Shown here one piece after another: positions 29,121 to 38,546 of a DNA stretch of 64,000 nucleotides. Both the position numbers and the translations under genes were made by a program. Below the pieces are notes generated by a model, which saw nothing but the letters and a program-made list of their open reading frames with translations, searched no databases and was not told the origin of the DNA. How positions within the stretch are numbered: position 1 is the stretch's first letter; every line of letters starts with the position of its first letter. The stretch lies in the NCBI GenBank assembly GCA_902634185.1, contig CACPJC010000002.1, positions 138,538-202,537 on the forward strand. Reading direction: 5' to 3'. Source of the DNA: an uncultured Candidatus Actinomarina sp. Lineage in GTDB: Bacteria > Actinomycetota > Acidimicrobiia > Actinomarinales > Actinomarinaceae.

Positions 29121-29149
29121 AAGATAAATAAAATATTTAAAGATTTCAA
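29121..29149 (-). promoter_or_regulatory. Sigma70-type promoter for the ncRNA candidate
   Basis: -35 TTGAAA (29149-29144), 17-nt spacer, -10 TATCTT (29126-29121). Confidence 0.55.
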
Positions 29150-29175
29150 AAAAAAATAATAAATTTTTTCCCACT

Positions 29176-30102
29176 CTAATTCTTGTTCTTAACTTTTATA
29201 TATATATTAAATAAACCAACTATGACAACAATTCCTAGAACAGCACTTAAAACAGTTGATAAAAAATTATTATTAATATTTGTAATTCCATAATCATCTA
29301 AAAACAAAACTATTCCAGATTCTTCATTAAAACCATAAGATTCTGCGACAGATTCAAGTCCATCTGGCGACGATGATGCATATGGTGTGATCAATGTGAG
29401 TAATAAAATCAACAGGATAAATATTCCATAAAATGAAGTTGCATTATTTTTAATTTCTTTATTTTGATTAACATAGACTAAATCTGAGCGAACCCTTAAA
29501 AGTAAAGAAACAATCAATCCAGTAATGATTCCTTCTCCTATACCAATTAATACATGGCTTGAAACCATTGCAATCAAAACACTTCCAAGTGGCACAGCGA
29601 CTGTTCCTCCAATAGCGTATTCAAGCACAAAAGCTATTGATGAAAAAACAACTGACAATAAACCAGCTATAAATGAACCAGAAATTATTGATGAGTAACT
29701 TTCATTAAATAATTTTTTCCATGTAGATATTACTAACCATCCAATAAGTGAAGTCACTACAGCCATATTAAGTAAATTTACACCGAGGGCACTTAAACCT
29801 CCGTCAGCAAAAAGAAGAGACTGTATGACAACAACAATAGAAATACAAATAATTCCAAGACTTGGTCCAAGTACAATTACTGCTAATGCACCTCCAAGAA
29901 GGTGACCACTAGTTCCAGCTGCAATTGGAAAATTGATCATCTGTAAAACAAAAATTAATGCTGACATCATTCCTGTCAATGCTATTAATCGATCAGCAAC
30001 TAAATTTTTTGCATTTCTTATATAAGCCCAAATAGTTCCAAGGCTAATCAATCCAGTTGCTGCAGATACTGGTGCGTTTATAAATCCGTCTGGTACGTGC
30101 AT
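29176..30102 (-). CDS. ECF Ni/Co S-component CbiM/NikM fused to PDGLE (NikN) domain
   Basis: N-terminal MHVPDGF, GTSGHLLGG, ADGG..ALG.N, ASSSPDGLE; true start 30102. Confidence 0.92.
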   Translation of the reverse strand: MHVPDGFINAPVSAATGLISLGTIWAYIRNAKNLVADRLIALTGMMSALIFVLQMINFPIAAGTSGHLLGGALAVIVLGPSLGIICISIVVVIQSLLFADGGLSALGVNLLNMAVVTSLIGWLVISTWKKLFNESYSSIISGSFIAGLLSVVFSSIAFVLEYAIGGTVAVPLGSVLIAMVSSHVLIGIGEGIITGLIVSLLLRVRSDLVYVNQNKEIKNNATSFYGIFILLILLLTLITPYASSSPDGLESVAESYGFNEESGIVLFLDDYGITNINNNFLSTVLSAVLGIVVIVGLFNIYIKVKNKN

Positions 30103-30127
30103 ATAGAAAGTATAAAAAAAATTTAAG

Positions 30128-30150
30128 TTATTGCAAAGTTTTTGCAATAA
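30128..30150. promoter_or_regulatory. Fur-family (Nur-like) operator over the nikMN promoter
   Basis: Perfect palindrome TTATTGCAAA-GTT-TTTGCAATAA containing TTGCAA-N5-TTGCAA; -10 TATACT 6 nt before ATG. Confidence 0.7.
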
Positions 30151-30156
30151 GAATGA

Positions 30157-30897
30157 TTAAACCAAATTGTTTTCCTTCAGCCAACTATGTATTTCACTTA
30201 AAACAAAAGGCCGAGTATCTTGATTTAAAATTTCATGTTTGGAATTTCTCACAGTTACAAATTTTACATTTGGCAGTTTTGACAAGTTTTCTCCAGATGA
30301 AATTGGAACTATCGTATCCCCATCTCCGTGAAGATATAAAGTATTAGTCTTGAGATTATTTATATTGTCATTTACAAAATTTTGAGATTCAATAGTCTCT
30401 CCCCCAAATCTTGCGGTTATGGATCTAAACACTAAAGGATCATCAAAGTAATCTTTTACGACCTGCTCGTCTGTTGATAAATTTCTTTTATTAGCTGATG
30501 ATGGAACTCTTAAACGAGGAGTAAATTTTGACAATGATTTAGAAAGTGTCTTTATAAATTGTGGGTAATTATCTCCAAGACTTGGAGCTGATAAAATAAG
30601 AAAATCAGGATCGATGATACCTTTCAGTATGCAATGAAGCCCTACTTGACCACCGAAGGAAATACCAAAAACTAACTTAATATCGTTTTGATTTAATTTT
30701 TTGTAGGCTTGCTCAACAGAGTTTTCAATTTCATCCCATTTTTCGATATGTCCAAACACTTCTGTGTTATTACCATGACCAGGAAGATCCATTAAAAATG
30801 GTTCTATGTTTAAATTTTTAAACCATGACGCATTAATATCATGCCTTCCCTGATGTTCCCATAAGCCATGAATGAGGAGTATTCCTATTTTTTTCAA
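30157..30897 (-). CDS. Alpha/beta hydrolase (lysophospholipase-like)
   Basis: LIHGLWEH, DLPGHG, GISFGG, HG..D..VP, HEILN; TTG 30897 with AAGGA SD preferred over ORF start 31101. Confidence 0.88.
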   Translation of the reverse strand: MKKIGILLIHGLWEHQGRHDINASWFKNLNIEPFLMDLPGHGNNTEVFGHIEKWDEIENSVEQAYKKLNQNDIKLVFGISFGGQVGLHCILKGIIDPDFLILSAPSLGDNYPQFIKTLSKSLSKFTPRLRVPSSANKRNLSTDEQVVKDYFDDPLVFRSITARFGGETIESQNFVNDNINNLKTNTLYLHGDGDTIVPISSGENLSKLPNVKFVTVRNSKHEILNQDTRPFVLSEIHSWLKENNLV

Positions 30898-30928
30898 ATT
30901 TTCCTTTTTAATCCTAAAATTAATAATA

Positions 30929-31648
30929 ATGAATTTAAGTTTTGTTAAAACGCCATTTACAAATAAACCCACAATGACTTTGTATGACGGACCAATTTTT
31001 AATAAAAACCCCGATATCAAATATTTAAATGAAAAGAAAAAACAACTTGATTTATTTGGTAACAAGTTATTTGGGGAAACAACTTTTTCAAAAGACAACA
31101 AACTGTTTGATAGATTTTTGGAATATTTTGAATTAGATCAAAATTTGTCTTTGTATGAAACAACTCTTCTTTTTGAGGAAGACTTTGCAATAATGCACAA
31201 TGGAAACATGGAAGTTGTTTCTGTTTGTTTTCCAAGTGGTTGGAAACCAAGACAAAAGCTTGGTAAATCGCTTTCAATGATTCACGAACCAGTTGCTGAT
31301 AGTAAGAAATTGATTGAGGCAAGTGAAAGATTGTCACAATATATGACAAAACAAAAAATAAAAAGATGGGTATGGACCATCACTACAAATGACCAATTAA
31401 GTGAATACACTGAATTAGATAAACCAAAATTAACAACTTTCGATAATTTATATTTTAGAGTCGAAACACAAACATCGGCACCGATAGATGATGAAACAAG
31501 TATTTTTTTTATAAAAATAGAAGTGTTACCTTTGAAAGAAGTATGGAGTAAAAATATTTTAGAGAGTATAAATTCGATGTCAGATAATATTTTAAATTAC
31601 AAAGGATTAGTAGAAATAAAAGAGCTACTAAATAGAATGAAATTATGA
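30929..31648 (+). CDS. DUF3445 / heme-dependent oxidative N-demethylase alpha-subunit-like protein
   Basis: EDF.I, VCFPSGW....KLG.....IHEPV, R..W, RVE.QT motifs; start moved to 30929. Confidence 0.75.
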   Translation: MNLSFVKTPFTNKPTMTLYDGPIFNKNPDIKYLNEKKKQLDLFGNKLFGETTFSKDNKLFDRFLEYFELDQNLSLYETTLLFEEDFAIMHNGNMEVVSVCFPSGWKPRQKLGKSLSMIHEPVADSKKLIEASERLSQYMTKQKIKRWVWTITTNDQLSEYTELDKPKLTTFDNLYFRVETQTSAPIDDETSIFFIKIEVLPLKEVWSKNILESINSMSDNILNYKGLVEIKELLNRMKL

Positions 31649-32064
31649 AAAAAGCATACATTGCTGGGCCTTTATTTGACGATCATGAGAGAGAGTACCT
31701 CGAAAAAATTGCAAAAATAGTTGAAAGCTATGGAATCTCAACTTTTGTTCCTCATAGAGATGCGGGATTAGTAACGGGTGATTTCACTTATGAAAAAAAG
31801 GTTAAAGTTTTTGATGTAGATATGGAATATTTAGAACCAGCAGATATTGTAATAGCTCTTTTAACCGGGAGAGATGTTGATTCAGGTACTGCGGCGGAAA
31901 TTGGTTATGCGTACAAAGCAGGGAAAAGATTGATAGGAATAAGTGCAAATACAATAAAACCAATAAACAATTTTGTTTGGGGGATATTTAGTTATGGAAA
32001 AGATATTGTTGAGAGCTTGGATGATCTAAAAACACTTTTAGAAAAAGAATTTGGTGCATCATAG
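31645..32064 (+). CDS. Nucleoside 2-deoxyribosyltransferase/Rcl-like protein
   Basis: YIAGPLF, F.D......AD, DSGTAAEIGYA. Confidence 0.88.
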   Translation: MKKAYIAGPLFDDHEREYLEKIAKIVESYGISTFVPHRDAGLVTGDFTYEKKVKVFDVDMEYLEPADIVIALLTGRDVDSGTAAEIGYAYKAGKRLIGISANTIKPINNFVWGIFSYGKDIVESLDDLKTLLEKEFGAS

Positions 32065-32090
32065 ATGATTTATCTTTATCATTAATTTAT

Positions 32091-33041
32091 ATGCTAAGTA
32101 AAGAGGCACAAAAAAGTATAAAAAAATACAAATCGTATTCAGTATTTATTTCTTCCATGTATCAGAATCTTGATCGTATGAGCACTAGAAGAAGAAGATT
32201 TGTAAGATGGTTTGTGAATCTTCAAGGTGTAATAGGTCCTAAAAAAGAAGGCACATTAAAAGAAGAAGTTTACTTAGGTGGAATAAAAACATGGAAAGTT
32301 TCTACTCCAAACTCAGATCCTAATAGAATTTTTCTTTACTACCACGGTGGTGGATACTTTATGGGCAGTCCTAAATCCCATTATTCATTAGTTAGCTATC
32401 TTGCAGATATAACTAAAACTACGGTTTATATACCTGATTACAGATTAGGACCAGAGCACAAATATCCTGCTCAGCTAGAAGATGGAATGAGCACATTCAT
32501 ATCTTTAGTTGAAGAGCATGGATACGATCCTAGTCAGATATCTATTGGAGGAGACTCAGCTGGTGGAAATTTAGCTTTGATTACACTTTTAAAACTAAAA
32601 AAAGATGGAAAATATCTTCCTCGGGCTCTAGCTTTGCTTTCTCCTTGGGCGGATCCAGCTGGAACAGGAGATTCGTACAATATGGATATGGCAGATAGAG
32701 ATATTCTAATAGGACCAACAATGAAAAAAATATGGGAAAATAAACATAATCTTTATGATGGGTACCTTAATGAAAAAGATGCAGATAGGGAAAATCCTCT
32801 CATATTCCCAATCAAAGGAGATTTTAAAGATTGTCCTCCCATAATGATACAGGTAGGTACAGAAGAGCTACTTTTGTCAGATTCACGAACACTTAAAGAA
32901 GCGTTTGAAAGAGATAACTGCATACATGAATATTTCGAATGGGAAGGTATGTATCATGTATTTCATATTGATGTGACAATGCCTGAGACTATTTCTGCAT
33001 TTGAACAAATTGGCAAATTTCTAGAGAAACATGCATCATAA
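32091..33041 (+). CDS. HSL-family esterase/lipase
   Basis: HGGGY, DYRL.PEH.YP, GDSAGGNL, H.F. Confidence 0.92.
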   Translation: MLSKEAQKSIKKYKSYSVFISSMYQNLDRMSTRRRRFVRWFVNLQGVIGPKKEGTLKEEVYLGGIKTWKVSTPNSDPNRIFLYYHGGGYFMGSPKSHYSLVSYLADITKTTVYIPDYRLGPEHKYPAQLEDGMSTFISLVEEHGYDPSQISIGGDSAGGNLALITLLKLKKDGKYLPRALALLSPWADPAGTGDSYNMDMADRDILIGPTMKKIWENKHNLYDGYLNEKDADRENPLIFPIKGDFKDCPPIMIQVGTEELLLSDSRTLKEAFERDNCIHEYFEWEGMYHVFHIDVTMPETISAFEQIGKFLEKHAS

Positions 33042-33072
33042 AAAATGAAATTTAAACAGGATTAAATTTAGT

Positions 33073-33240
33073 TTGAGTTTACTTGATGCATTTATAATTG
33101 GTTTTTCAATAATTTTTGGAATACTTCTAACTTTATCTTTTTCTGGTTTTGTTAAAAAAATAAAACCTTTTTTTATAGTTTTTACATTTTCCATAGCTTG
33201 GTTAAGCTCCTCTTTTCTAATTTATATAATTTTTAGATAA
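33073..33240 (+). CDS. 55-aa two-TM small protein (not in ORF track)
   Basis: TTG start; MSLLDAFIIGFSIIFGILLTLSFSGFVKKIKPFFIVFTFSIAWLSSSFLIYIIFR fills the gap. Confidence 0.5.
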   Translation: MSLLDAFIIGFSIIFGILLTLSFSGFVKKIKPFFIVFTFSIAWLSSSFLIYIIFR

Positions 33241-33290
33241 TTACTGTTTGTTGTTTTCTTATTATTTAATTTATTTACTAGATTGTTTTT

Positions 33291-33728
33291 GTGAGAAATA
33301 TAAAAAGTTTTGATGATCTTGATATATTTGTGACTGAATTCATGTCAAAGTGGGGAGTTACACTGTTAAGATATTCCCTTGGCATAATCTATATCTGGTT
33401 TGGTGCTCTAAAACCTTTGGGCTTAAGTCCGGCACAAGAGCTGGTTGAAAATACTGTATATTGGTTTGAAAACCCCAAGACATTTGTACCTATTTTAGGA
33501 ATATGGGAAGTTGTTATTGGCATAACAATGATTATTAAGCCATTGATAAGAGTTTCAATAATTTTACTTTTTATTCAGATGCCAGGAACTTTTCTACCAT
33601 TAGTTCTGTTTCCAGAGGTTTGTTTTACGAGCTTTCCATTTGGACTCACTCTTGAAGGGCAATATATTGTAAAGAATTTAATTATAATATCTGCAGCTTT
33701 AGTAGTTGGCTCAACTGTTAGGAAGTAA
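33291..33728 (+). CDS. DoxX/DUF417-like membrane protein
   Basis: LLR.SLG.I..WFG.LK, TLEGQYIVKN. Confidence 0.85.
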   Translation: MRNIKSFDDLDIFVTEFMSKWGVTLLRYSLGIIYIWFGALKPLGLSPAQELVENTVYWFENPKTFVPILGIWEVVIGITMIIKPLIRVSIILLFIQMPGTFLPLVLFPEVCFTSFPFGLTLEGQYIVKNLIIISAALVVGSTVRK

Positions 33729-33730
33729 CT

Positions 33731-36004
33731 GTGGATAATGAGGATACCTCATCTAAAAATAATTTAAACCCGCAAGATCAATTAAATTACAAAAACAAGG
33801 CCAAAAATTTAGAATTTGTTAAAAACAATTCAAATATAAAAATTCCATACTTTAAAGAGATAGTTTCTGACGATTTTAAAAATATTGAAGACATTTTAAA
33901 AGAGTTTTCTAAACAAATAATTATTAGAAGCAATAGTTCAAAAGAAGATACAGATGAAACTTCAAGTGCAGGTAAATTTTTATCTATTGGCCCAATAGAT
34001 AAAGACGATATATCACTCATTAAGAAATCATGGAATGAAGTTTTACAAAGCTATGAAAAAGATGATAACAATACAGTTATTTTCCAAGACTATGTTGATG
34101 GAGCAAAAAGCGTATCAGTCCTTACATCGTATAAAGTAGGTACTGATTCTGCATATAGAACATTTTCAACTTACTATGGATCTCAAACTGATGCAGTAAC
34201 ATCTGGTAAATACAACAAAATCAAAAATTTTTTTATTCATAGATCTTTGGATAATCTTCCTGAAAAATTTAAAGAATATTACAAATTTTTTAAAATACAA
34301 AATCAATTAGAGAATCTATTTGGAAATAAACAACTAGATATTGAAATAGTTACAGATGAGAAGGAAGAACCTTTATTACTTCAAGTAAGACCTTTAATGG
34401 GAAAATCAATAATAAAAGAACCCATAATGGTTGAAAGAAGTGTTATTGATGAAAATGTAAAAAGATACAAAGAATTAATTCCAACAACAGATGATCGATT
34501 TGGCACTAATCAAATATATAGCAATATGTCCGATATGAATCCAGCCGAAATGATTGGTAAGAAACCGGATAATATTGCTTTTAGTCTTTACAGATTTATG
34601 TTCACTGATACAACGTGGAATAAACAGCGTGGAGAATTTGGATACAGAATTTATTCAGGAGGCAAATTGATGGAGCTATTTAACAATGTTGCATACATAA
34701 ATGTGAACCATAGCTTAAATAGTTTTCTAACTCGAAATATAAAGGATGAAACATGTGAAAAAATCATCAATTATCAGTTAAACAAATTAGAGACTTATCC
34801 ACATCTTCATGATTCTATAGAGTTTGATATATCAAGGTCATCCTATACATTTGAAACAGATGAGAAATTTGGAGAAGAATATAAAAACATTATCGATAGA
34901 AAAGAGATTATTCAATGGCATCAAGATTTAATTGAAATTGACAGTTTTAACAGTTCTACACTTCATAAAAATAATGAATTAATTTTAAATGCATTTTCAA
35001 AGCTTAATGATAGCTTTCAATATTTAGACAAAGAAAATATAAAATTTGTTCGAGACAATATGGCATTGCCATTTACTCATCACTCAAGATTAGGATTTGT
35101 TTATTTTGCTCAATTAAACAACTTTCTGAAAAACGGAGTTATTACTGAAGAAGAAAAGAAAAACCTACTACTTTCTGTAAATTCAATAAGTACGAAAATG
35201 AAACAGGATGCTTACAGGGTAAAGACAGGAGATATAAGTCTGAATGACTTTTTGAGTATCTATGGACATGTAAGGGCAGGACACTACAACCTATCTTCTA
35301 CAAATTTAAAAAGCAATATATCTTTTGCTGAGTCACTAATCAACACAAGTAATCAGCCAGTTCAAAGTGAACCATTGAAAATTGATATATTTAAGAAAAT
35401 TGACGATTATTTTAATTTAAATAAAATTTCTTATACATCTGAGAGCTGGGTAGAAATGTTTCAGCTAGCAGTTTCCACTAGAGAAAACTCAAAGTTTTAC
35501 TACACAAAAGGAATAGATGGTATTTTAAGTGAAGTTGAAGAGAAAGACATCTCCGATCGTGAACTCTTCCAGCTACTTGATTTCGAATATAACGACATTA
35601 ATACTTGTAACCAAAAGATTAGAGACACTCTAATGCCTGATGTAGTAACTAGCTCAGATGATTTCTATGCATATGAAGAGATGAATAAAGATGGAAATTA
35701 TATTGGACAAGGGACAGTTAGTGGAGAAATTCTATTTTTAGATGGCATTGAAAACAACAGAAATAACTTAGATAATAAAATAATCGTTATTCCAGCAGCA
35801 GATCCAGGATGGGATTGGATTTTTAATTACAAAATAAAATCATTGATTACTGAATTTGGAGGTCCAAATTCACATATGGCCATAAGATGTGCTGAGCATA
35901 ATATCCCTGCAATTTTGGGGATCGGAGAAAAAAATTTTTCAGCTATTTTAAATTCAAAGAACTTAGTAGTCGATTTTTCGAACGAAAATTTTACAATCTT
36001 ATAA
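33731..36004 (+). CDS. PPDK-like phosphotransferase (ATP-grasp + C-terminal swivel His), Cj1418 glutamine-kinase-like
   Basis: IIRS....ED....S.AG, LLQVRP, M.D.NPAE.IG, YGH.R.G.Y, ADPGWDWIF...GGPNSHMAIRCAE. Confidence 0.75.
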   Translation: MDNEDTSSKNNLNPQDQLNYKNKAKNLEFVKNNSNIKIPYFKEIVSDDFKNIEDILKEFSKQIIIRSNSSKEDTDETSSAGKFLSIGPIDKDDISLIKKSWNEVLQSYEKDDNNTVIFQDYVDGAKSVSVLTSYKVGTDSAYRTFSTYYGSQTDAVTSGKYNKIKNFFIHRSLDNLPEKFKEYYKFFKIQNQLENLFGNKQLDIEIVTDEKEEPLLLQVRPLMGKSIIKEPIMVERSVIDENVKRYKELIPTTDDRFGTNQIYSNMSDMNPAEMIGKKPDNIAFSLYRFMFTDTTWNKQRGEFGYRIYSGGKLMELFNNVAYINVNHSLNSFLTRNIKDETCEKIINYQLNKLETYPHLHDSIEFDISRSSYTFETDEKFGEEYKNIIDRKEIIQWHQDLIEIDSFNSSTLHKNNELILNAFSKLNDSFQYLDKENIKFVRDNMALPFTHHSRLGFVYFAQLNNFLKNGVITEEEKKNLLLSVNSISTKMKQDAYRVKTGDISLNDFLSIYGHVRAGHYNLSSTNLKSNISFAESLINTSNQPVQSEPLKIDIFKKIDDYFNLNKISYTSESWVEMFQLAVSTRENSKFYYTKGIDGILSEVEEKDISDRELFQLLDFEYNDINTCNQKIRDTLMPDVVTSSDDFYAYEEMNKDGNYIGQGTVSGEILFLDGIENNRNNLDNKIIVIPAADPGWDWIFNYKIKSLITEFGGPNSHMAIRCAEHNIPAILGIGEKNFSAILNSKNLVVDFSNENFTIL

Positions 36005-36009
36005 AAACT

Positions 36010-37089
36010 TTAGATGAAATTTTGAAATTCTTTTTCAAAAAGTTCTGGCTCCAAAAGAAAACAATCATGGCCCTTTGTTGAATTTATAACTTTTACACTT
36101 GTTTTAATACCATTTTCTTTTAAAACATTTTCAAATTCAACTTGTTCCTCAGGATAAAAACAAACATCTGAATCAACGGAAATAATCAAAACGTTTATGT
36201 TCCCTAACTTTTTTATCTCCTCAGTGTCAATATAAAAATTTTGCCACCCTTTAATTATGGAATTGTAAGACTCCGGAGTAAACCTCTCAATAAATTTCTC
36301 ACCTTGGTGCATCATGTAAGACTCTTGAGAAGTAGATAAAAATCCTTCAAGAAAGTTTTTATCGTACTTACTTTCATCTTTTGCTCTACTTGATAGTAAC
36401 TCAAGTGAAATATAGGTTTTATGCGCAATCATTCTTGCTAGTGATAAGTATTCAGCTTCTCTTCCGTTTGAGCTTTTTGCAAGATCTAATATATATGCTT
36501 GTTCAAGATTATGTAGCAATTGGATTGTAGACAGTCTATACCCACTTGAAATTGATATTAAATTTTTGACGTAGTCCGGATATAAAAGAGAAAATTCAAG
36601 AGCCATCAAACCTCCTATTGATGGACCAATCACAGCCTCTAAAGAGACAACACCCAAATCATCCAACAATAGTTTTTGAGAGATTTCTATATCTTTAAAT
36701 GAAATAAAAGGAAAGTCATCACCATATATTCCCCCCGTCTTTATATTTATTGAGTTTGGCCCTGTAGATCCATAACAGCCACCAAGATAATTTGCACACA
36801 CTACAAAGTATTTATTTGTATCAATAATTTTATTTGGCCCTACAAATTCATCCCACCAACCAATTTCTAGTTCATCGTTCCATGGAATATCGAGATTGTC
36901 CTCTTTTTTATAATTTCCTGCCAGCATATGACTTCCAGTCAGTGCATGAAAAATTAAAATGGCATTGTCACCTTTTTCGGACAAAGTTCCATAGGTCGTA
37001 TAAGCAATCTCTACATTCTCAAGCAGCTCACCCGATTCAAGTTTAAGTTGTGGAATGTAAAACTTGCTTGTTTTATCTTGTACTTTCAA
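36010..37089 (-). CDS. metX: Homoserine O-acetyltransferase
   Basis: HALTG, WW...VGP...IDT, GGC.GSTGP, GPSIGG, GHD.FL; start uncertain (TTG 37089 vs 37137). Confidence 0.92.
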   Translation of the reverse strand: MKVQDKTSKFYIPQLKLESGELLENVEIAYTTYGTLSEKGDNAILIFHALTGSHMLAGNYKKEDNLDIPWNDELEIGWWDEFVGPNKIIDTNKYFVVCANYLGGCYGSTGPNSINIKTGGIYGDDFPFISFKDIEISQKLLLDDLGVVSLEAVIGPSIGGLMALEFSLLYPDYVKNLISISSGYRLSTIQLLHNLEQAYILDLAKSSNGREAEYLSLARMIAHKTYISLELLSSRAKDESKYDKNFLEGFLSTSQESYMMHQGEKFIERFTPESYNSIIKGWQNFYIDTEEIKKLGNINVLIISVDSDVCFYPEEQVEFENVLKENGIKTSVKVINSTKGHDCFLLEPELFEKEFQNFI

Positions 37090-38353
37090 GTGCTTGTGAT
37101 AAGTCTTCAATGATATCTTCAATATCTTCGATACCAATTGAAAGTCTAACTAATTCTGGTGGAGCCCCAGCAGCAACAAGTTGCTCATCATCTAGTTGAG
37201 AGTGAGTAGTCGACGCTGGATGTATAGCCAAAGACCGAGTGTCTCCAACATTTGCAACATGTCTAAACATCTTTAAGTTATCAATAAACTTTTGCCCTGC
37301 ATCCTTCCCACCTTTAATTCCAAATACGACCATAGTTCCACCAGTGCCTTTTAAGTATTTTTCAGAAAGTTCGTATGCTGGATCATCTTTAAGTCCAGGA
37401 TATCTTATCCACTCAACAAGCTCATGGTCTGATAAGTACTCAGCTGCCTTTATTGCATTTTCACAATGTCTATCCATTCTTAGGCCAAGAGTCTCGAGAC
37501 CACTCATTACTTCAAATGCAGTTTCTGGAGACATATTTGCTCCTAGATTTCTTAAAGGTACAGTTCTTAACCTTAGTGAGTACGCAACACTGCTTAAGTC
37601 TCCTAAGTCATGTCCCCATCTCATACCGCCATAGCTGGTATCTGGTTTGTCATATAAAGGAAAATTACCATTTCCCCAATCAAATCCACCTTTTTCAATG
37701 ACTGCACCAGCAATTACACGTCCGTGGCCTGACATCCATTTAGTTAATGAATAAACAACAATATCTGCACCAAATTCAAAAGATTTTTGAATAGCAGAAG
37801 TTGTAAATGTAGCATCAACAATTAATGGAATTCCTTTTGAATGTGCAATTTCAGATAATGCCGTCACATCAGCTACAACTAAACCAGGATTTGTTATAGT
37901 TTCACAATAGATAGCTCTTGTTTTGTCATCAATCGCATCTTCAACAGCTTTGAGATCAGTGATATCAACTTTTTTAGAATCTATCCCATACTCAGGTAAA
38001 ATATTATCGAACATAGTGTAGGTACCACCATAAAGTTGGTTTGCAGTAACAAAATTATCACCTTGACTCATTATGTTTATAAGTGAGTACATTACAGCAG
38101 ACGTACCAGAAGATAAAGCTACACACATAGCACCTTCTTCAAGGTCTGTAAGCCTTGCCTCCAATGCACCTACGGTTGGATTGCCTAATCGAGAATAGAT
38201 ATTACCAAACTCTTTTAGACCAAATAAGCTTGCTGCATGTTCAGTATTGTTGAACTGATAAGCAGTTGTTTTATATATAGGTACTGTTATCGATCCTTCT
38301 GGATTAGCATCAGAATCATACCCTGCATGAATAAGTTTTGAATTAAACTTCAT
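37073..38353 (-). CDS. metY: O-acetylhomoserine sulfhydrylase
   Basis: PIY.TT.Y.F, IYSRL.NPT, SLTKW PLP Lys, ANVGD.RSL.IHPASTTH. Confidence 0.95.
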   Translation of the reverse strand: MKFNSKLIHAGYDSDANPEGSITVPIYKTTAYQFNNTEHAASLFGLKEFGNIYSRLGNPTVGALEARLTDLEEGAMCVALSSGTSAVMYSLINIMSQGDNFVTANQLYGGTYTMFDNILPEYGIDSKKVDITDLKAVEDAIDDKTRAIYCETITNPGLVVADVTALSEIAHSKGIPLIVDATFTTSAIQKSFEFGADIVVYSLTKWMSGHGRVIAGAVIEKGGFDWGNGNFPLYDKPDTSYGGMRWGHDLGDLSSVAYSLRLRTVPLRNLGANMSPETAFEVMSGLETLGLRMDRHCENAIKAAEYLSDHELVEWIRYPGLKDDPAYELSEKYLKGTGGTMVVFGIKGGKDAGQKFIDNLKMFRHVANVGDTRSLAIHPASTTHSQLDDEQLVAAGAPPELVRLSIGIEDIEDIIEDLSQALESTR

Positions 38354-38354
38354 A

Positions 38355-38470
38355 AATTTTCTCCTTTTTTGGAGAAGGATTTTGACTATTTAGTTGCATT
38401 TCTGCCACATTTTCTAGCACCTTGGATAGTCATCCAGGTTGCCGAGGTCTTAACCTTCTCTTTATGCTTA
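38355..38470 (-). promoter_or_regulatory. SAM-I/IV riboswitch
   Basis: GCATAAAGAG..CGGCAACC..GGTGCT..GAAATGC core; P3 loop TGACTA pairs with downstream TAGTCA (PK-2); TTCTCC/GGAGAA hairpin covers the SD. Confidence 0.88.
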
Positions 38471-38546
38471 TTAAATTATAACAAAATTTTTTATATTTAA
38501 ATAAAATTTTTAGTTTTAATTCTTTTTTATAGAATAATATTTAACA

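Noticed and set aside
33730-33738. Perfect DnaA box TGTGGATAA
   Set aside because: Single copy at a gene start 30 kb from dnaA; compatible with chance
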